Source: Eledone cirrhosa
Lineage: Eukaryota
Direction of reading: 5' to 3'
Assembly (NCBI GenBank): GCA_964016885.1
Contig: OZ024742.1
Span: 246,388,001 to 246,452,000, forward strand
DNA: 64,000 nt
Shown here: positions 37,000-51,900 of the stretch, one piece after another
Numbering within the stretch: the stretch's first letter is position 1
Layout of the letters: the number at the start of each line of letters is the position of its first letter
Notes under the pieces: generated by a model
What the model was told of the DNA's origin: nothing
The model's input: only the letters and a program-made list of their open reading frames with translations
The model's database searches: none
Position numbers and translations under genes: made by a program

Positions 37000-39900
37000 G
37001 TCCATGTGTGTGTATGTTACAGTGTGTATGTGTGTGTGTGTGTGTGTCTGTATGTTAATGTCTGTGTTACTTTTTGTGTGTGTATCTTACTGCGTATGTA
37101 TGCTAATGTGTGTGTGTGTTAATGTTTGTGTTATTTTGTGTGTATGTGTATGTTACTGTGTGTATGTTACTTTGTCTATGTTACTGTGTGTGTATGTTAC
37201 TGTGTGTGTGTTAATGTGTGTATGTATGATACTGTGTGTGTATATTACTGTTTGTGTATGTTACTGTGTGTGTATGTTACTGTGTGTGTGTATGTTACTA
37301 TGTGTGTGTATGTTACTGTGAGTGTGTATGTTACTGTGTGTGTGTGTGTATGTTACTGTGTGTGTGTATGTTACTGTGTGTGTATGTCACTGTGTGTGTA
37401 TGTTACTGTGTGTGTGTATGTTACTGTGTGTGTATGTTACTGTGTGTGTATGTTACTGTGTGTGTTTATGTTACTCTGTGTGTGGGTATGTTACTGTGTA
37501 TGTATGTTACTGTGTGTATGTTACTGTGTGTGTGTATGTTAATGTGTGTGTGTAAGTTACTGTGTGTGTATGTTACTGTGTGTGTATGTTACTGTGTATG
37601 TTACTGTGTGTGTATGTATGTTACAGTGTGTGTGTTACTGTGTGTGTATGTTACTGTGTGTGTATGTTACTGTGTGTGTGTATGTTACTGTGTGAGTATT
37701 GTACTGTGTGTGTATGTTACTGTGTGTGTGTATGTTACTGTGTGTGTGTATGTTACTGTGTGTGTATGTTTCTGTGTGTGTATGTTACTGTGTGTGTATG
37801 TTACTGTGTGTGTGTATGTTACTGTGTGTGTGTATGTTACTGTCTGTGTATGTTACTGTGTGTGTATGTTACTGTGTGTGTATGTTACTGTGTGTGTGTA
37901 TGTTACTGTGCGTGTGTATGTTACTGTGTGTGTATGTTACTGTGTGTATGTTACTGTGTGTGTGTGTATGTTACTGTGTGTGTATGTTCCAGTGTGTGTA
38001 TGTTACTGTGTGTGTGTATGTTACTGTGTGTGTGTATTTTACTGTGTGTGTGTATGTTACTGTGTGTGTGTATGTTAATGTGTGTATGTTATTGTGTGTG
38101 TGTGTATGTTACTGTGTGTGTATGTTACTGTGTATTTGTATGTTACTGTGTGTGTGTATGTTACTGTGTGTGTATGTTACTGTGTGTGTTTATGTTACTG
38201 TGTGCGTATGTTACTGTGTGTGTTTATGTTACTGTGTGCGTATGTTACTGTGTGTGTATGTTACTGTGTGTGTATGTTACTGTGTGTGTATGTTACTGTG
38301 TGTATATATTAATGTGTGTGTGTATGTTAATGTGTGTGTGTATGTTAGTGTGTGTGTATGTTACTATGTGTGTGTATGTTACTGTGTGTGTATGTTACTG
38401 TGTGTGTGGGTATGTTACTGTGTGTATGTTACTGTGTGTGTGTATGTTACTGTGTGTGTGTATGTTACTGTGTGTGTATGTTACTGTCTGTGTGTATGTT
38501 ACTGTGTGAGTATTGTACTGTGTGTGTATGTTACTGTGTGTGTGCATGGTATTGTGTGTGTATATTACTGTGTGTGTGTGTATGTTACTGTGTGAGTATT
38601 GTACTGTGTGTGTATGTTACTGTGTGTGTGTATGTTACTGTGTGTGTGTGTATGTTACTGTGTGTGTATGTTACTGTGTATGTGTATGTTAATGTGTGTG
38701 TGTGTATGTTAATGTGTGTGTATGTTACTGTGTGTGTATGTTACTGTGTGTGTATGTTACTGTGTGTGTGTGTATGTTACTGTGTGTGTATGTTACTGTG
38801 TGTGTATGTTACTGTGTGTGTGTGTATGTTACTGTGTGTGTATGTTACTGTGTGTGTATGTTACTGTGTGAATATTGTACTGTGTGTGTATGTTACTGTG
38901 TGTGTGTGTATGTTTCTGTGTGTGTATGTTACTGTGTGTGTGTATGTTACTGTGTGTGTATGTTATTGTGTGTGTGTATGTTACTGTATGTGTGTGTATG
39001 TTATTGTGTTTGTATATTACTCTGTGTGTGTATGTTACTGTATGTGAGTGTATGTTATTGTGTTTGTATATTACTCTGTGTGTGTATGTTACTGTGTGTG
39101 TATGTTACTGTGTGTGTATGTTACTGTGTGTGTGTATGTTACTGTCTGTGTATGTTTCTGTGTGTGTATGTTACTGTGTGTGTATGTTACTGTGTGTGTA
39201 TGTTACTGTGTCTGTATATTACTGTGTGTGTATGTTATTGTGTGTGTGTATATTACTGTGTGTGTATGTTACTGTGTGTCTGTATGTTACTGTGTGTATG
39301 TTATTGTGTGTGTATGTTACTGTGTGTGTGTATGTTAATGTGTGTATGTTATTGTGTTTGTATGTTACTCTGTGTGTGTATGTTACTGTGTGTGTACGTT
39401 ACTGTGTGTGTATGTTACTGTGTGTGAATGTTACTGTGTATTTGTATGTTACTGTGTGTGTGTATGTTACTGTGTGTGTATGTTACTGTGTGTGAATGTT
39501 ACTGTGTATTTGTATGTTACTGTGTGTGTGTATGTTAATGTGTGTGTATGTTACTGTGTGTGTATGTTACTGTGTGTGTATGTTACTGTGTGTGTATGTT
39601 CCTGTGTGTGTATGTTAATGTGTGTGTGTATGTTACTGTGTGTGTGTATGTTATTGTGTGTGTATGTTACTGTGTGTGTATGTTACTGTGTGTGTATGTT
39701 AATGTGTGTGTGTATGTTAATGTGTGTGTGTATGTTACTGTGTGTGTGTATGTTACTGTGTGTGTGTTGTTACTGTGTGTGTATGTTACTGTGTGTGTAT
39801 ATTAGTGTGTGTGTGTATGTTACTGTGTGCGTATGTGACTGTGTATGTGTGTTACTGTGTGTGTATATTACTGTGTGTGTATGTTACTGTGTGTATATGT

Positions 39901-42900
39901 TAATGTGTGTGTGTACGTTAATGTGTGTGTGTATGTTACTGTGTGTGTATTTTACTGTGTGTGTATGTTATTGAGTGTGTATGTTACTGTGTGTGTGATA
40001 TTATTGAGTGTGTATGTTACTGTGTGTGTATGGTACTGTGTGTGTATGTTACTGTGTGTGTATGTTACTGTGTGTGTGTTACTGTGTGTGTGTATGTTAC
40101 TGTGTGTGTATGTTACTGTGTGTGTGTATGTTACTGTGTGTGTGTATGTTACTGTGTGTGTATGTTACTGTGTGTGTGTATGTTACTGTGTGTGTATGTT
40201 ACTGTGTATTTGTATGTTACTGTGTGTGTGTATTTTACTGTGTGTATGTTACTGTGTGTGTATGTTACTGTGTGTGTGATATTACTGTGTGTGTATGTTA
40301 CTGTGTGTGTGTATGGTACTGTGTGTGTGTATGTTACTGTGTGTGTATGTTACTCTGTGTGTATGTTACTGTGTGTGTATGTTACTGTGTGTATGTATGT
40401 TACTGTGTGTATGTATGTTACTGTGTGTGTGTATGTTACTGTGTGTGTGTATGTTACTGTGTGTGTGATATTACTGTGTGTGTATGTTACTGTGTGTGTA
40501 TGTTACTGTGTGTATGTATGTTACTGTGTGTGTATGTTACTGTGTCTGTATGTTACTGTGTGTGTGTATGTTACTGTGTGTGTATGTTACTGTGCATTTG
40601 TATGTTACTGTCTGTGTGTATGTTAATGTGTGTGTATGTTACTGTGTGTGTATGTTACTGTGTGTGTATGTTACTGTGTGTGTATGTTACTGTGTGTGTG
40701 TATGTTACTGTGTGTGTTTGTTACTGTGTGTGTATGTTACTGTGTGTGTGTATGTTAATGTGTGTGTGTATGTTAATGTGTGTGAATGTTACTGTGTGTG
40801 TGTATGTTACTGTGTGTGTATGTTACTATGTGTGTGTATATTACTGTGGGTGTATGTGAATGTGTGTGTGTAGGTTACTGTGTGTGTGTATGTTAACGTG
40901 TATGTATGTTACTGTGTGTGTATGTTACTGTGTGTGTGTGTGTATGTTATTGTGTGTGTATGTTACTGTGTGTGTGTATGTTACTGTGTGTGTATGTTAT
41001 TGTGTGTGTATGTTACTGTGTGTGTATGTTAGTGTGTGTGTGTATGTTACTGTGTGTGTATGTTATTGTGTGTGTATGTTACTGTGTGTGTATGTTACTG
41101 TGTGTGTGTATGTTACTGTGTGTGTGTATGTTACTGTGTGTGTATGTTACTGTATGTGTGTATGCTACTGTGTGTGTATGTTACTGTGTGTATGTATGTT
41201 ACTGTGTGTGTGTATGTTACTGTGTGTGTGTATGTTACTGTGTGTGTGATATTACTGTCTGTGTATGTTACTGTGTGTGTATGTTACTGTGTGTATGTAT
41301 GTTACTGTGTGTGTATGTTACTGTGTCTGTATGTTACTGTGTGTGTGTATGTTACTGTGTGTGTATGTTAATGTGTGTGAATGTTACTGTGTGTGTGTAT
41401 GTTACTGTGTGTGTATGTTACTATGTGTGTGTATGTTACTGTGTGTGTATGTGAATGTGTGTGTGTAGGTTACTGTGTGTGTGTATGTTAACGTGTATGT
41501 ATGTTACTGTGTGTGTATGTTACTGTGTGTGTGTGTATGTTATTGTGTGTGTATGTTACTGTGTGTGTGTATGTTACTGTGTGTGTATGTTATTGTGTGT
41601 GTATGTTACTGTGTGTGTATGTTAGTGTGTGTGTGTATGTTACTGTGTGTGTATGTTATTGTGTGTGTATGTTACTGTGTGTGTATGTTACTGTGTGTGT
41701 GTAGGTTACTGTGTGTGTGTATGTTACTGTGTGTGTGTATGTTACTGTGTGTGTATGTTACTGTATGTGTGTATGCTACTGTGTGTGTATGTTACTGTGT
41801 GTATGTATGTTACTGTGTGTGTGTATGTTACTGTGTGTGTGTATGTTACTGTGTGTGTGATATTACTGTGTGTGTATGTTACTGTGTGTGTATGTTACTG
41901 TGTGTATGTATGTTACTGTGTGTGTATGTTACTGTGTCTGTATGTTACTGTGTGTGTGTATGTTACTGTGTGTGTATGTTAATGTGTGTGAATGTTACTG
42001 TGTGTGTGTATGTTACTGTGTGTGTATGTTACTATGTGTGTGTATGTTACTGTGTGTGTATGTGAATGTGTGTGTGTAGGTTACTGTGTGTGTGTATGTT
42101 AACGTGTATGTATGTTACTGTGTGTGTATGTTACTGTGTGTGTGTGTGTATGTTATTGTGTGTGTATGTTACTGTGTGTGTGTATGTTACTGTGTGTGTA
42201 TGTTATTGTGTGTGTATGTTACTGTGTGTGTATGTTAGTGTGTGTGTGTATGTTACTGTGTGTGTATGTTATTGTGTGTGTATGTTACTGTGTGTGTATG
42301 TTACTGTGTGTGTGTAGGTTACTGTGTGTGTGTATGTTACTGTGTGTGTGTATGTTACTGTGTGTGTATGTTACTGTATGTGTGTATGCTACTGTGTGTG
42401 TATGTTACTATGTGTGTGTATGTTACTGTGTGTGTATGTTAATGTGTGTGTGTAGGTTACTGTGTGTGTGTATGTTACTGTGTGTGTATGTTACTGTGTG
42501 TGTATGTTACTGTGTGTATGTTACTGTGGGTGTATGTTACTCTGTGTGTATGTTACTGTGTGTGTATGTTACTGTGTGTGTATGTTACTGTGTGTGTGTG
42601 TTTGTGTGTTACTGTGTGTGTGTATGTTACTGTGTGTGTATATTACTGTGTGTGTATGTTACTGTGTGTGTGTATGTTACTGTGTGTGTATGTTACTGTG
42701 TGTGTATGTTACTGTGTGTGTATGTTACTGTGTGTGTGTATGTTACTGTGTGTGTATGTTATTGTGTGTGATTTGTTACTGTGTGCGTATGTTACTGTGT
42801 GTGTATATTACTGTGTGTGTATGTTACTGTGTGTGTATGCTACTGTGTGTGTGTATGTTACTGTGTGTGTTACTGTGTGTGTATATTACTGTGTGTATGT

Positions 42901-45900
42901 TACTGTGTGTGTGTATGTTACTGCGTGTGTATGTTACTGTGTGTGTATGTTACTGTGTGTGTGTATGTTACTGTGTGTGTATGTTACTGTGTGTGTATGT
43001 AATGTGTGTGTGTGTGTATGTTACTGTGTGTGTATGTTACTGTGTGTGTATATTACTGTGTGTGTATGTTACTGTGTGTATATGTTACTGTGTGTATATG
43101 TTACTGTGTGTATTTGTTACTGTGTGTGTATGTTACTGTGTGTATGTTACTGTGTGTGTGTATGTTACTGTGTGTATGTTACTGTGTGTATATGTTACAG
43201 TGTGTGTATGTTACTGTGTGTATATGTTACTGTGTGTATATGTTACTGTGTGTATTTGTTACTGTGTGTGTATGTTACTGTGTGTATGTTACTGTGTGTA
43301 TGTTACTGTGTGTATATGTTACTGTGTGTATATGTTACTGTGTGTGTATGTTACTGTGTGTATGTTACTGTGTGTGTATGTTACTGTGTGTGTATGTTAC
43401 TGTGTGTATGTTACTGTGTGTGTATGTTACTGTGTGTGTATGTTACTGTGTGTATGTTACTGTGTGTGTATGTTACTGTGTGTGTATGTTACTGTGTGTG
43501 TGTATGTTACTGTGTGTGTATGTTACTGTGTGTGAAAGTTACTGTGTATTTGTATGTTACTGTGTGTGTGTATGTTAATGTGTGTGTATGTTACTGTGTG
43601 TGTATGTTACTGTGTGTGTATGTTACTGTGTGTGTATGTTACTGTGTGTGTATGTTACTGTGTGTATGTTACTGTGTGTGTATGTTACTGTGTGTGTATG
43701 TTACTGTGTGTGTATGTTACTGTGTGTGTGTATGTTACTGTGCGTGTATGTTACTGTGTGTGAATGTTACTGTGTATTTGTATGTTACTGTGTGTGTGTA
43801 TGTTAATGTGTGTGTATGTTACTGTGTGTGTATGTTACTGTGTGTGTATGTTACTGTGTGTGTATGTTACTGTGTGTGTATGTTAATGTGTGTGTGTATG
43901 TTACTGTGTGTGTGTATGTTACTGTGTGTGTATGTTACTGTGTGTGTATGTTACTGTGTGTGTATGTTAATGTGTGTGTGTATGTTAATGTGTGTGTGTA
44001 TGTCACTGTGTGTGTGTATGTTACTGTGTGTGTGTATGTTACTGTGTGTGTATGTTACTGTGTGTGTATATTAGTGTGAGTGTGTATGTTACTGTGTGCG
44101 TATGTGACTGTGTATGTGTGTTACTGTGTGTGTATATTACTGTGTGTGTATGTTACTGTGTGTATATGTTAATGTGTCTGTGTACGTTAATGTGTGTGTG
44201 TATGTTACTGTGTGTGTATTTTACTGTGTGTGTATGTTATTGAGTGTGTATGTTACAGTGTGTGTGATATTACTGAGTGTGTATGTTACTGTGTGTGTAT
44301 GGTACTGTGTGTGTATGTTACTGTGTGTGTATGTTACTGTGTGTGTGTTACTGTGTGTGTGTATGTTACTGTGTGTGTATGTTACTGTGTGTGTGTATGT
44401 TACTGTGTGTGTCTATGTTACAGTGTGTGTATGTTACTGTGTGTGTGTATGTTACTGTGTGTGTATGTTACTGTGTGTGTGTATGTTACTGTGTGTGTAT
44501 GTTACTGTGTATTTGTATGTTACTGTGTGTGTATTTTACTGTGTGTGTATGTTACTGTGTGTGTATGTTACTGTGTGTGTGTATGTTACTGTGTGTGTGA
44601 TATTACTGTGTGTGTATGTTACTGTGTGTGTATGTTACTGTGTGTATGTATGTTACTGTGTGTGTATGTTACTGTGTCTGTATGTTACTGTGTGTGTGTA
44701 TGTTACTGTGTGTGTATGTTACTGTGTATTTGTATGTTACTGTGTGTGTGTATGTTAATGTGTGTGTATGTTACTGTGTGTGTATGTTACTGTGTGTGTA
44801 TGTTACTGTGTGTGTATGTTACTGTGTGTGTGTATGTTACTGTGTGTGTTTGTTACTGTGTGTGTATGTTACTGTGTGTGTGTATGTTAATGTGTGTGTG
44901 TATGTTAATGTGTGTGAATGTTACTGTGTGTGTGTATGTTACTGTGTGTGTATGTTACTATGTGTGTGTATGTTACTGTGTGTGTATGTGAATGTGTGTG
45001 TGTAGGTTACTGTGTGTGTGTATGTTAACGTGTATGTATGTTACTGTGTGTGAATGTTACTGTGTGTGTGTGTGTATGTTATTGTGTGTGTATGTTACTG
45101 TGTGTGTGTATGTTACTGTGTGTGTATGTTATTGTGTGTGTATGTTACTGTGTGTGTATGTTAGTGTGTGTGTGTATGTTACTGTGTGTGTATGTTATTG
45201 TGTGTGTATGTTACTGTGTGTGTATGTTACTGTGTGTGTGTAGATTACTGTGTGTGTGTATGTTACTGTGTGTGTGTATGTTACTGTGTGTGTATGTTAC
45301 TGTATGTGTGTATGCTACTGTGTGTGTATGTTACTATGTGTGTGTATGTTACTGTGTGTGTATGTGAATGTGTGTGTATGTTACTGTGTGTGTATGTTAA
45401 TGTGTGTGTGTAGGTTACTGTGTGTGTGTATGTTACTGTGTGTGTATGTTACTGTGTGTGTATGTTACTGTGTGTATGTTACTGTGGGTGTATGTTACTC
45501 TGTGTGTATGTTACTGTGTGTGTATGTTACTGTGTGTGTATGTTACTGTGTGTGTGTGTTTGTGTGTTACTGTGTGTGTGTATGTTACTGTGTGTGTATG
45601 TTACTGTGTGTGTATGTTACTGTGTGTGTGTATGTTACTGTGTGTGTATGTTACTGTGTGTGTATGTTACTGTGTGTGTATGTTACTGTGTGTGTGTATG
45701 TTACTGTGTGTGTATGTTATTGTGTGTGATTTGTTACAGTGTGCGTATGTTACTGTGTGTGTATATTACTGTGTGTGTATGTTACTGTGTGTGTATGCTA
45801 CTGTGTGTGTGTATGTTACTGTGTGTGTTACTGTGTGTATATTACTGTGTGTATGTTACTGTGTGTGTGTATGTTACTGTGTGTGTATGTTACTGTGTGT

Positions 45901-48900
45901 GTGTATGTTACTGTGTGTGTATGTTACTGTGTGTGTATGTTACTGTGTGTATGTTACTGTGTGTATATGTTACTGTGTGTGTATATTACTGTGTGTGTAT
46001 GTTACTGTGTGTATATGTTACTGTGTGTATTTGTTACTGTGTGTATTTGTTACTGTGTGTGTATGTTACTGTGTGTATGTTACTGTGTGTGTGTATGCTA
46101 CTGTGTGTATGTTACTGTGTGTATATCTTACTGTGTGTGTATGTTACTGTGTGTATATGTTACTGTGTGTATATGTTACTGTGTGTATTTGTTACTGTGT
46201 GTGTATGTTACTGTGTGTATGTTACTGTGTGTATGTTACTGTGTGTGTGTATGTTACTGTGTGTATATGTTACTGTGTGTATTTGTTACTGTGTGTATAT
46301 GTTACTGTGTGTGTATGTTACTGTGTGTATGTTACTGTGTGTGTATGTTACTGTGTGTGTATGTTACTGTGTGTATGTTACTGTGTGTGTATGTTACTGT
46401 GTGTGTATGTTACTGTGTGTATGTTACTGTGTGTGTATGTGAATGTGTGTGTGTAGGTTACTGTGTGTGTGTATGTTAACGTGTATGTATGTTACTGTGT
46501 GTGTATGTTACTGTGTGTGTTTGTGTATGTTATTGTGTGTGTATGTTACTGTGTGTGTGTATGTTACTGTGTGTGTATGTTATTGTGTGTGTATGTTACT
46601 GTGTGTGTATGTTAATGTGTGTGTGTATGTTACTGTGTGTGTATGTTATTGTGTGTGTATGTTACTGTGTGTGTATGTTACTGTGTGTGTGTATGTTACT
46701 GTGTGTGTATGTTACTGTGTGTGTATGTTACTGTGTGTGTATGTTACTGTATGTGTGTATGCTACTGTGTGTGTATGTTACTGTGTGTGTGTATGTTACT
46801 GTGTGTGTATGTGATTGTGTGTGTATGTTACTGTGTGTGTATGTTAATGTGTGTGTGTAGGTTACTGCGTGTGTGTATGTTACTGTGTGTGTGTATGTTA
46901 CTGTGTGTGTATGTTACTGTATGTGTGTATGCTACTGTGTGTGTATGTTACTATGTGTGTGTATGTTACTGTGTGTGTATGTGAATGTGTGTGTATGTTA
47001 CTGTGTGTGTATGTTAATGTGTGTGTGTAGGTTACTGTGTGTGTGTATGTTACTGTGTGTGTATGTTACTGTGTGTGTATGTTACTGTGTGTGTGTGTTT
47101 GTGTGTTACTGTGTGTGTGTATGTTACTGTGTGTGTATGTTACTGTGTGTGTATGTTACTGTGTGTGTGTTTGTGTGTTACTGTGTGTGTGTATGTTACT
47201 GTGTGTGCATGTTACTGTGTGTGTATGTTACTGTGTGTGTGTATGTTACTGTGTGTGTATGTTACTGTGTGTGTATGTTACTGTGTGTGTATGTTACTGT
47301 GTGTGTGTATGTTACTGTGTGTGTGTATGTTAATGTGTGTGTATGTTACTGTGTGTGTGTGTTTGTGTGTTACTGTGTGTGTGTATGTTACTGTGTGTGT
47401 ATGTTACTGTGTGTGTATGTAACTGTGTGTGTGTATGTTACTGTGTGTGTATGTTACTGTGTGTGTATGTTACTGTGTGTGTATGTTACTGTGTGTGTGT
47501 ATGTTACTGTGTGTGTGTATGTTATTGTGTGTGATTTGTTACTGTGTGCGTATGTTACTGTGTGTGTATATTACTGTGTGTGTATGTTACTGTGTGTGTA
47601 TGTTACTGTGTGTGTATGTTACTGTGTGTGTGTGTTTGTGTGTTACTGTGTGTGTGTATGTTACTGTGTGTGTATGTTACTGTGTGTGTATGTTACTGTG
47701 TGTGTGTATGTTACTGTGTGTGTATGTTACTGTGTGTGTATGTTACTGCGTGTGTATGTTACTGTGTGTGTGTATGTTACTGTGTGTGTATGTTATTGTG
47801 TGTGATTTGTTACTGTGTGCGTATGTTACTGTGTGTGTATATTACTGTGTGTGTATGTTACTGTGTGTGTATGCTACTGTGTGTGTGTATGTTACTGTGT
47901 GTGTTACTGTGTGTATATTACTGTGTGTATGTTACTGTGTGTGTGTATGTTACTGTGTGTGTATGTTACTGTGTGAGTGTATGTTACTGTGTGTGTATGT
48001 TACTGTGTGTGTATGTAATGTGTGTGTGTGTGTATGTTACTGTGTGTGTATGTTACTGTGTGTATGTTACTGTGTGTATATGTTACTGTGTGTGTATATT
48101 ACTGTGTGTGTATGTTACTGTGTGTATATGTTACTGTGTGTATTTGTTACTGTGTGTATTTGTTACTGTGTGTGTATGTTACTGTGTGTATGTTACTGTG
48201 TGTGTGTATGTTACTGTGTGTATGTTACTGTGTGTATATCTTACTGTGTGTGTATGTTACTGTGTGTATATGTTACTGTGTGTATATGTTACTGTGTGTA
48301 TTTGTTACTGTGTGTGTATGTTACTGTGTGTATGTTACTGTGTGTGTGTATGTTACTGTGTGTATATGTTACTGTGTGTATTTGTTACTGTGTGTATATG
48401 TTACTGTGTGTGTATGTTACTGTGTGTATGTTACTGTGTGTGTATGTTACTGTGTGTGTATGTTACTGTGTGTATGTTACTGTGTGTGTATGTTACTGTG
48501 TGTGTGTATGTTTCTGTGTGTATATGTTACTGTGTGTATTTGTTACTGTGTGTATATGTTACTGTGTGCGTATGTTAATGTGTGTGAATGTTACTGTGTG
48601 TGTGTATGTTACTGTGTGTGTATGTTACTATGTGTGTGTATGTTACTGTGTGTGTATGTGAATGTGTGTGTGTAGGTTACTGTGTGTGTGTATGTTAACG
48701 TGTATGTATGTTACTGTGTGTGTATGTTACTGTGTGTGTGTGTGTATTTTATTGTGTGTGTATGTTACTGTGTGTGTGTATGTTACTGTGTGTGTATGTT
48801 ATTGTGTGTGTATGTTACTGTGTGTGTATGTTAATGTGTGTGTGTATGTTACTGTGTGTGTATGTTACTGTGTGTGTGTATGTTACTGTGTGTGTATGTT

Positions 48901-51900
48901 ACTGTGTGTGTATGTTACTGTGTGTGTATGTTACTGTATGTGTGTATGCTACTGTGTGTGTATGTTACTGTGTGTGTGTATGTTACTGTGTGTGTATGTG
49001 ATTGTGTGTGTATGTTACTGTGTGTGTATGTTAATGTGTGTGTGTAGGTTACTGCGTGTGTGTATGTTACTGTGTGTGTGTATGTTACTGTGTGTGTATG
49101 TTACTGTATGTGTGTATGCTACTGTGTGTGTATGTTACTATGTGTGTGTATGTTACTGTGTGTGTATGTGAATGTGTGTGTATGTTACTGTGTGTGTATG
49201 TTAATGTGTGTGTGTAGGTTACTGTGTGTGTGTATGTTACTGTGTGTGTATGTTACTGTGTGTGTATGTTACTGTGTGTGTGTGTTTGTGTGTTACTGTG
49301 TGTGTGTATGTTACTGTGTGTGTATGTTACTGTGTGTGTATGTTACTGTGTGTGTGTTTGTGTGTTACTGTGTGTGTGTATGTTACTGTGTGTGTATGTT
49401 ACTGTGTGTGTATGTTACTGTGTGTGTGTATGTTACTGTGTGTGTATGTTACTGTGTGTGTATGTTACTGTGTGTGTATGTTACTGTGTGTGTGTATGTT
49501 ACTGTGTGTGTGTATGTTAATGTGTGTGTATGTTACTGTGTGTGTGTGTTTGTGTGTTACTGTGTGTGTGTATGTTACTGTGTGTGTATGTTACTGTGTG
49601 TGTATGTTACTGTGTGTGTGTATGTTACTGTGTGTGTATGTTACTGTGTGTGTATGTTACTGTGTGTGTATGTTACTGTGTGTGTGTATGTTACTGTGTG
49701 TGTATGTTATTGTGTGTGATTTGTTACTGTGTGCGTATGTTACTGTGTGTGTATATTACTGTGTGTGTATGTTACTGTGTGTGTATATTACTGTGTGTGT
49801 ATGTTACTGTGTGTGTATGTTACTGTGTGTGTATGTTACTGTGTGTGTGTTTGTGTGTTACTGTGTGTGTGTATGTTACTGTGTGTGTATGTTACAGTGT
49901 GTGTATGTTACTGTGTGTGTGTATGTTACTGTGTGTGTATGTTACTGTGTGTGTATGTTACTGCGTGTGTATGTTACTGTGTGTGTGTATGTTACTGTGT
50001 GTGTATGTTATTGTGTGTGATTTGTTACTGTGTGCGTATGTTACTGTGTGTGTATATTACTGTGTGTGTATGTTACTGTGTGTGTATGCTACTGTGTGTG
50101 TGTATGTTACTGTGTGTGTTACTGTGTGTATATTACTGTGTGTATGTTACTGTGTGTGTGTATGTTACTGTGTGTGTATGTTACTGTGTGTGTGTATGTT
50201 ACTGTGTGTGTATGTTACTGTGTGTGTATGTAACGTGTGTGTGTGTGTATGTTACTGTGTGTGTATGTTACTGTGTGTATGTTACTGTGTGTATATGTTA
50301 CTGTGTGTGTATATTACTGTGTGTGTATGTTACTGTGTGTATATGTTACTGTGTGTATTTGTTACTGTGTGTATTTGTTACTGTGTGTGTATGTTACTGT
50401 GTGTGTGTATGTTACTGTGTGTATGTTACTGTGTGTATGTTACTGTGTGTATATCTTACTGTGTGTGTATGTTACTGTGTGTATATGTTACTGTGTGTAT
50501 ATGTTACTGTGTGTATTTGTTACTGTGTGTGTATGTTACTGTGTGTATGTTACTGTGTGTGTGTATGTTACTGTGTGTATATGTTACTGTGTGTATTTGT
50601 TACTGTGTGTATATGTTACTGTGTGTGTATGTTACTGTGTGTATGTTACTGTGTGTGTATGTTACTGTGTGTGTATGTTACTGTGTGTATGTTACTGTGT
50701 GTGTATGTTACTGTGTGTGTATGTTACTGTGTGTGTGTATGTTACTGTGTGTATATGTTACTGTGTGTTTTTGTTACTGTGTGTATATGTTACTGTGTGC
50801 GTATGTTAATGTGTGTGAATGTTACTGTGTGTGTGTATGTTACTGTGTGTGTATGTTACTATGTGTGTGTATGTTACTGTGTGTGTATGTGAATGTGTGT
50901 GTGTAGGTTACTGTGTGTGTGTATGTTAACGTGTATGTATGTTACTGTGTGTGTATGTTACTGTGTGTGTGTGTGTATGTTATTGTGTGTGTATGTTACT
51001 GTGTGTGTGTACGTTACTGTGTGTGTATGTTATTGTGTGTGTATGTTACTGTGTGTGTATGTTAATGTGTGTGTGTATGTTACTGTGTGTGTATGTTATT
51101 GTGTGTGTATGTTACTGTGTGAGTATGTTACTGTGTGTGTGTATGTTACTGTGTGTGTATGTTACTGTGTGTGTATGTTACTGTGTGTGTATGTTACTGT
51201 ATGTGTGTATGCTACTGTGTGTGTATGTTACTGTGTGTGTGTATGTTACTGTGTGTGTATGTGATTGTGTGTGTATGTTACTGTGTGTGTATGTTAATGT
51301 GTGTGTGTAGGTTACTGCGTGTGTGTATGTTACTGTGTGTGTGTATGTTACTGTGTGTGTATGTTACTGTATGTGTGTATGCTACTGTGTGTGTATGTTA
51401 CTATGTGTGTGTATGTTACTGTGTGTGTATGTGAATGTGTGTGTATGTTACTGTGTGTGTATGTTAATGTGTGTGTGTAGGTTACTGTGTGTGTGTATGT
51501 TACTGTGTGTATGTTACTGTGTGTGTATGTTACTGTGTGTGTGTGTTTGTGTGTTACTGTGTGTGTGTATGTTACTGTGTGTGTATGTTACTGTGTGTGT
51601 ATGTTACTGTGTGTGTGTTTGTGTGTTACTGTGTGTGTGTATGTTACTGTGTGTGTATGTTACTGTGTGTGTATGTTACTGTGTGTGTGTATGTTACTGT
51701 GTGTGTATGTTACTGTGTGTGTATGTTACTGTGTGTGTATGTTACTGTGTGTGTGTATGTTACTGTGTGTGTGTATGTTAATGTGTGTGTATGTTACTGT
51801 GTGTGTGTGTTTGTGTGTTACTGTGTGTGTGTATGTTACTGTGTGTGTATGTTACTGTGTGTGTATGTTACTGTGTGTGTGTATGTTACTGTGTGTGTAT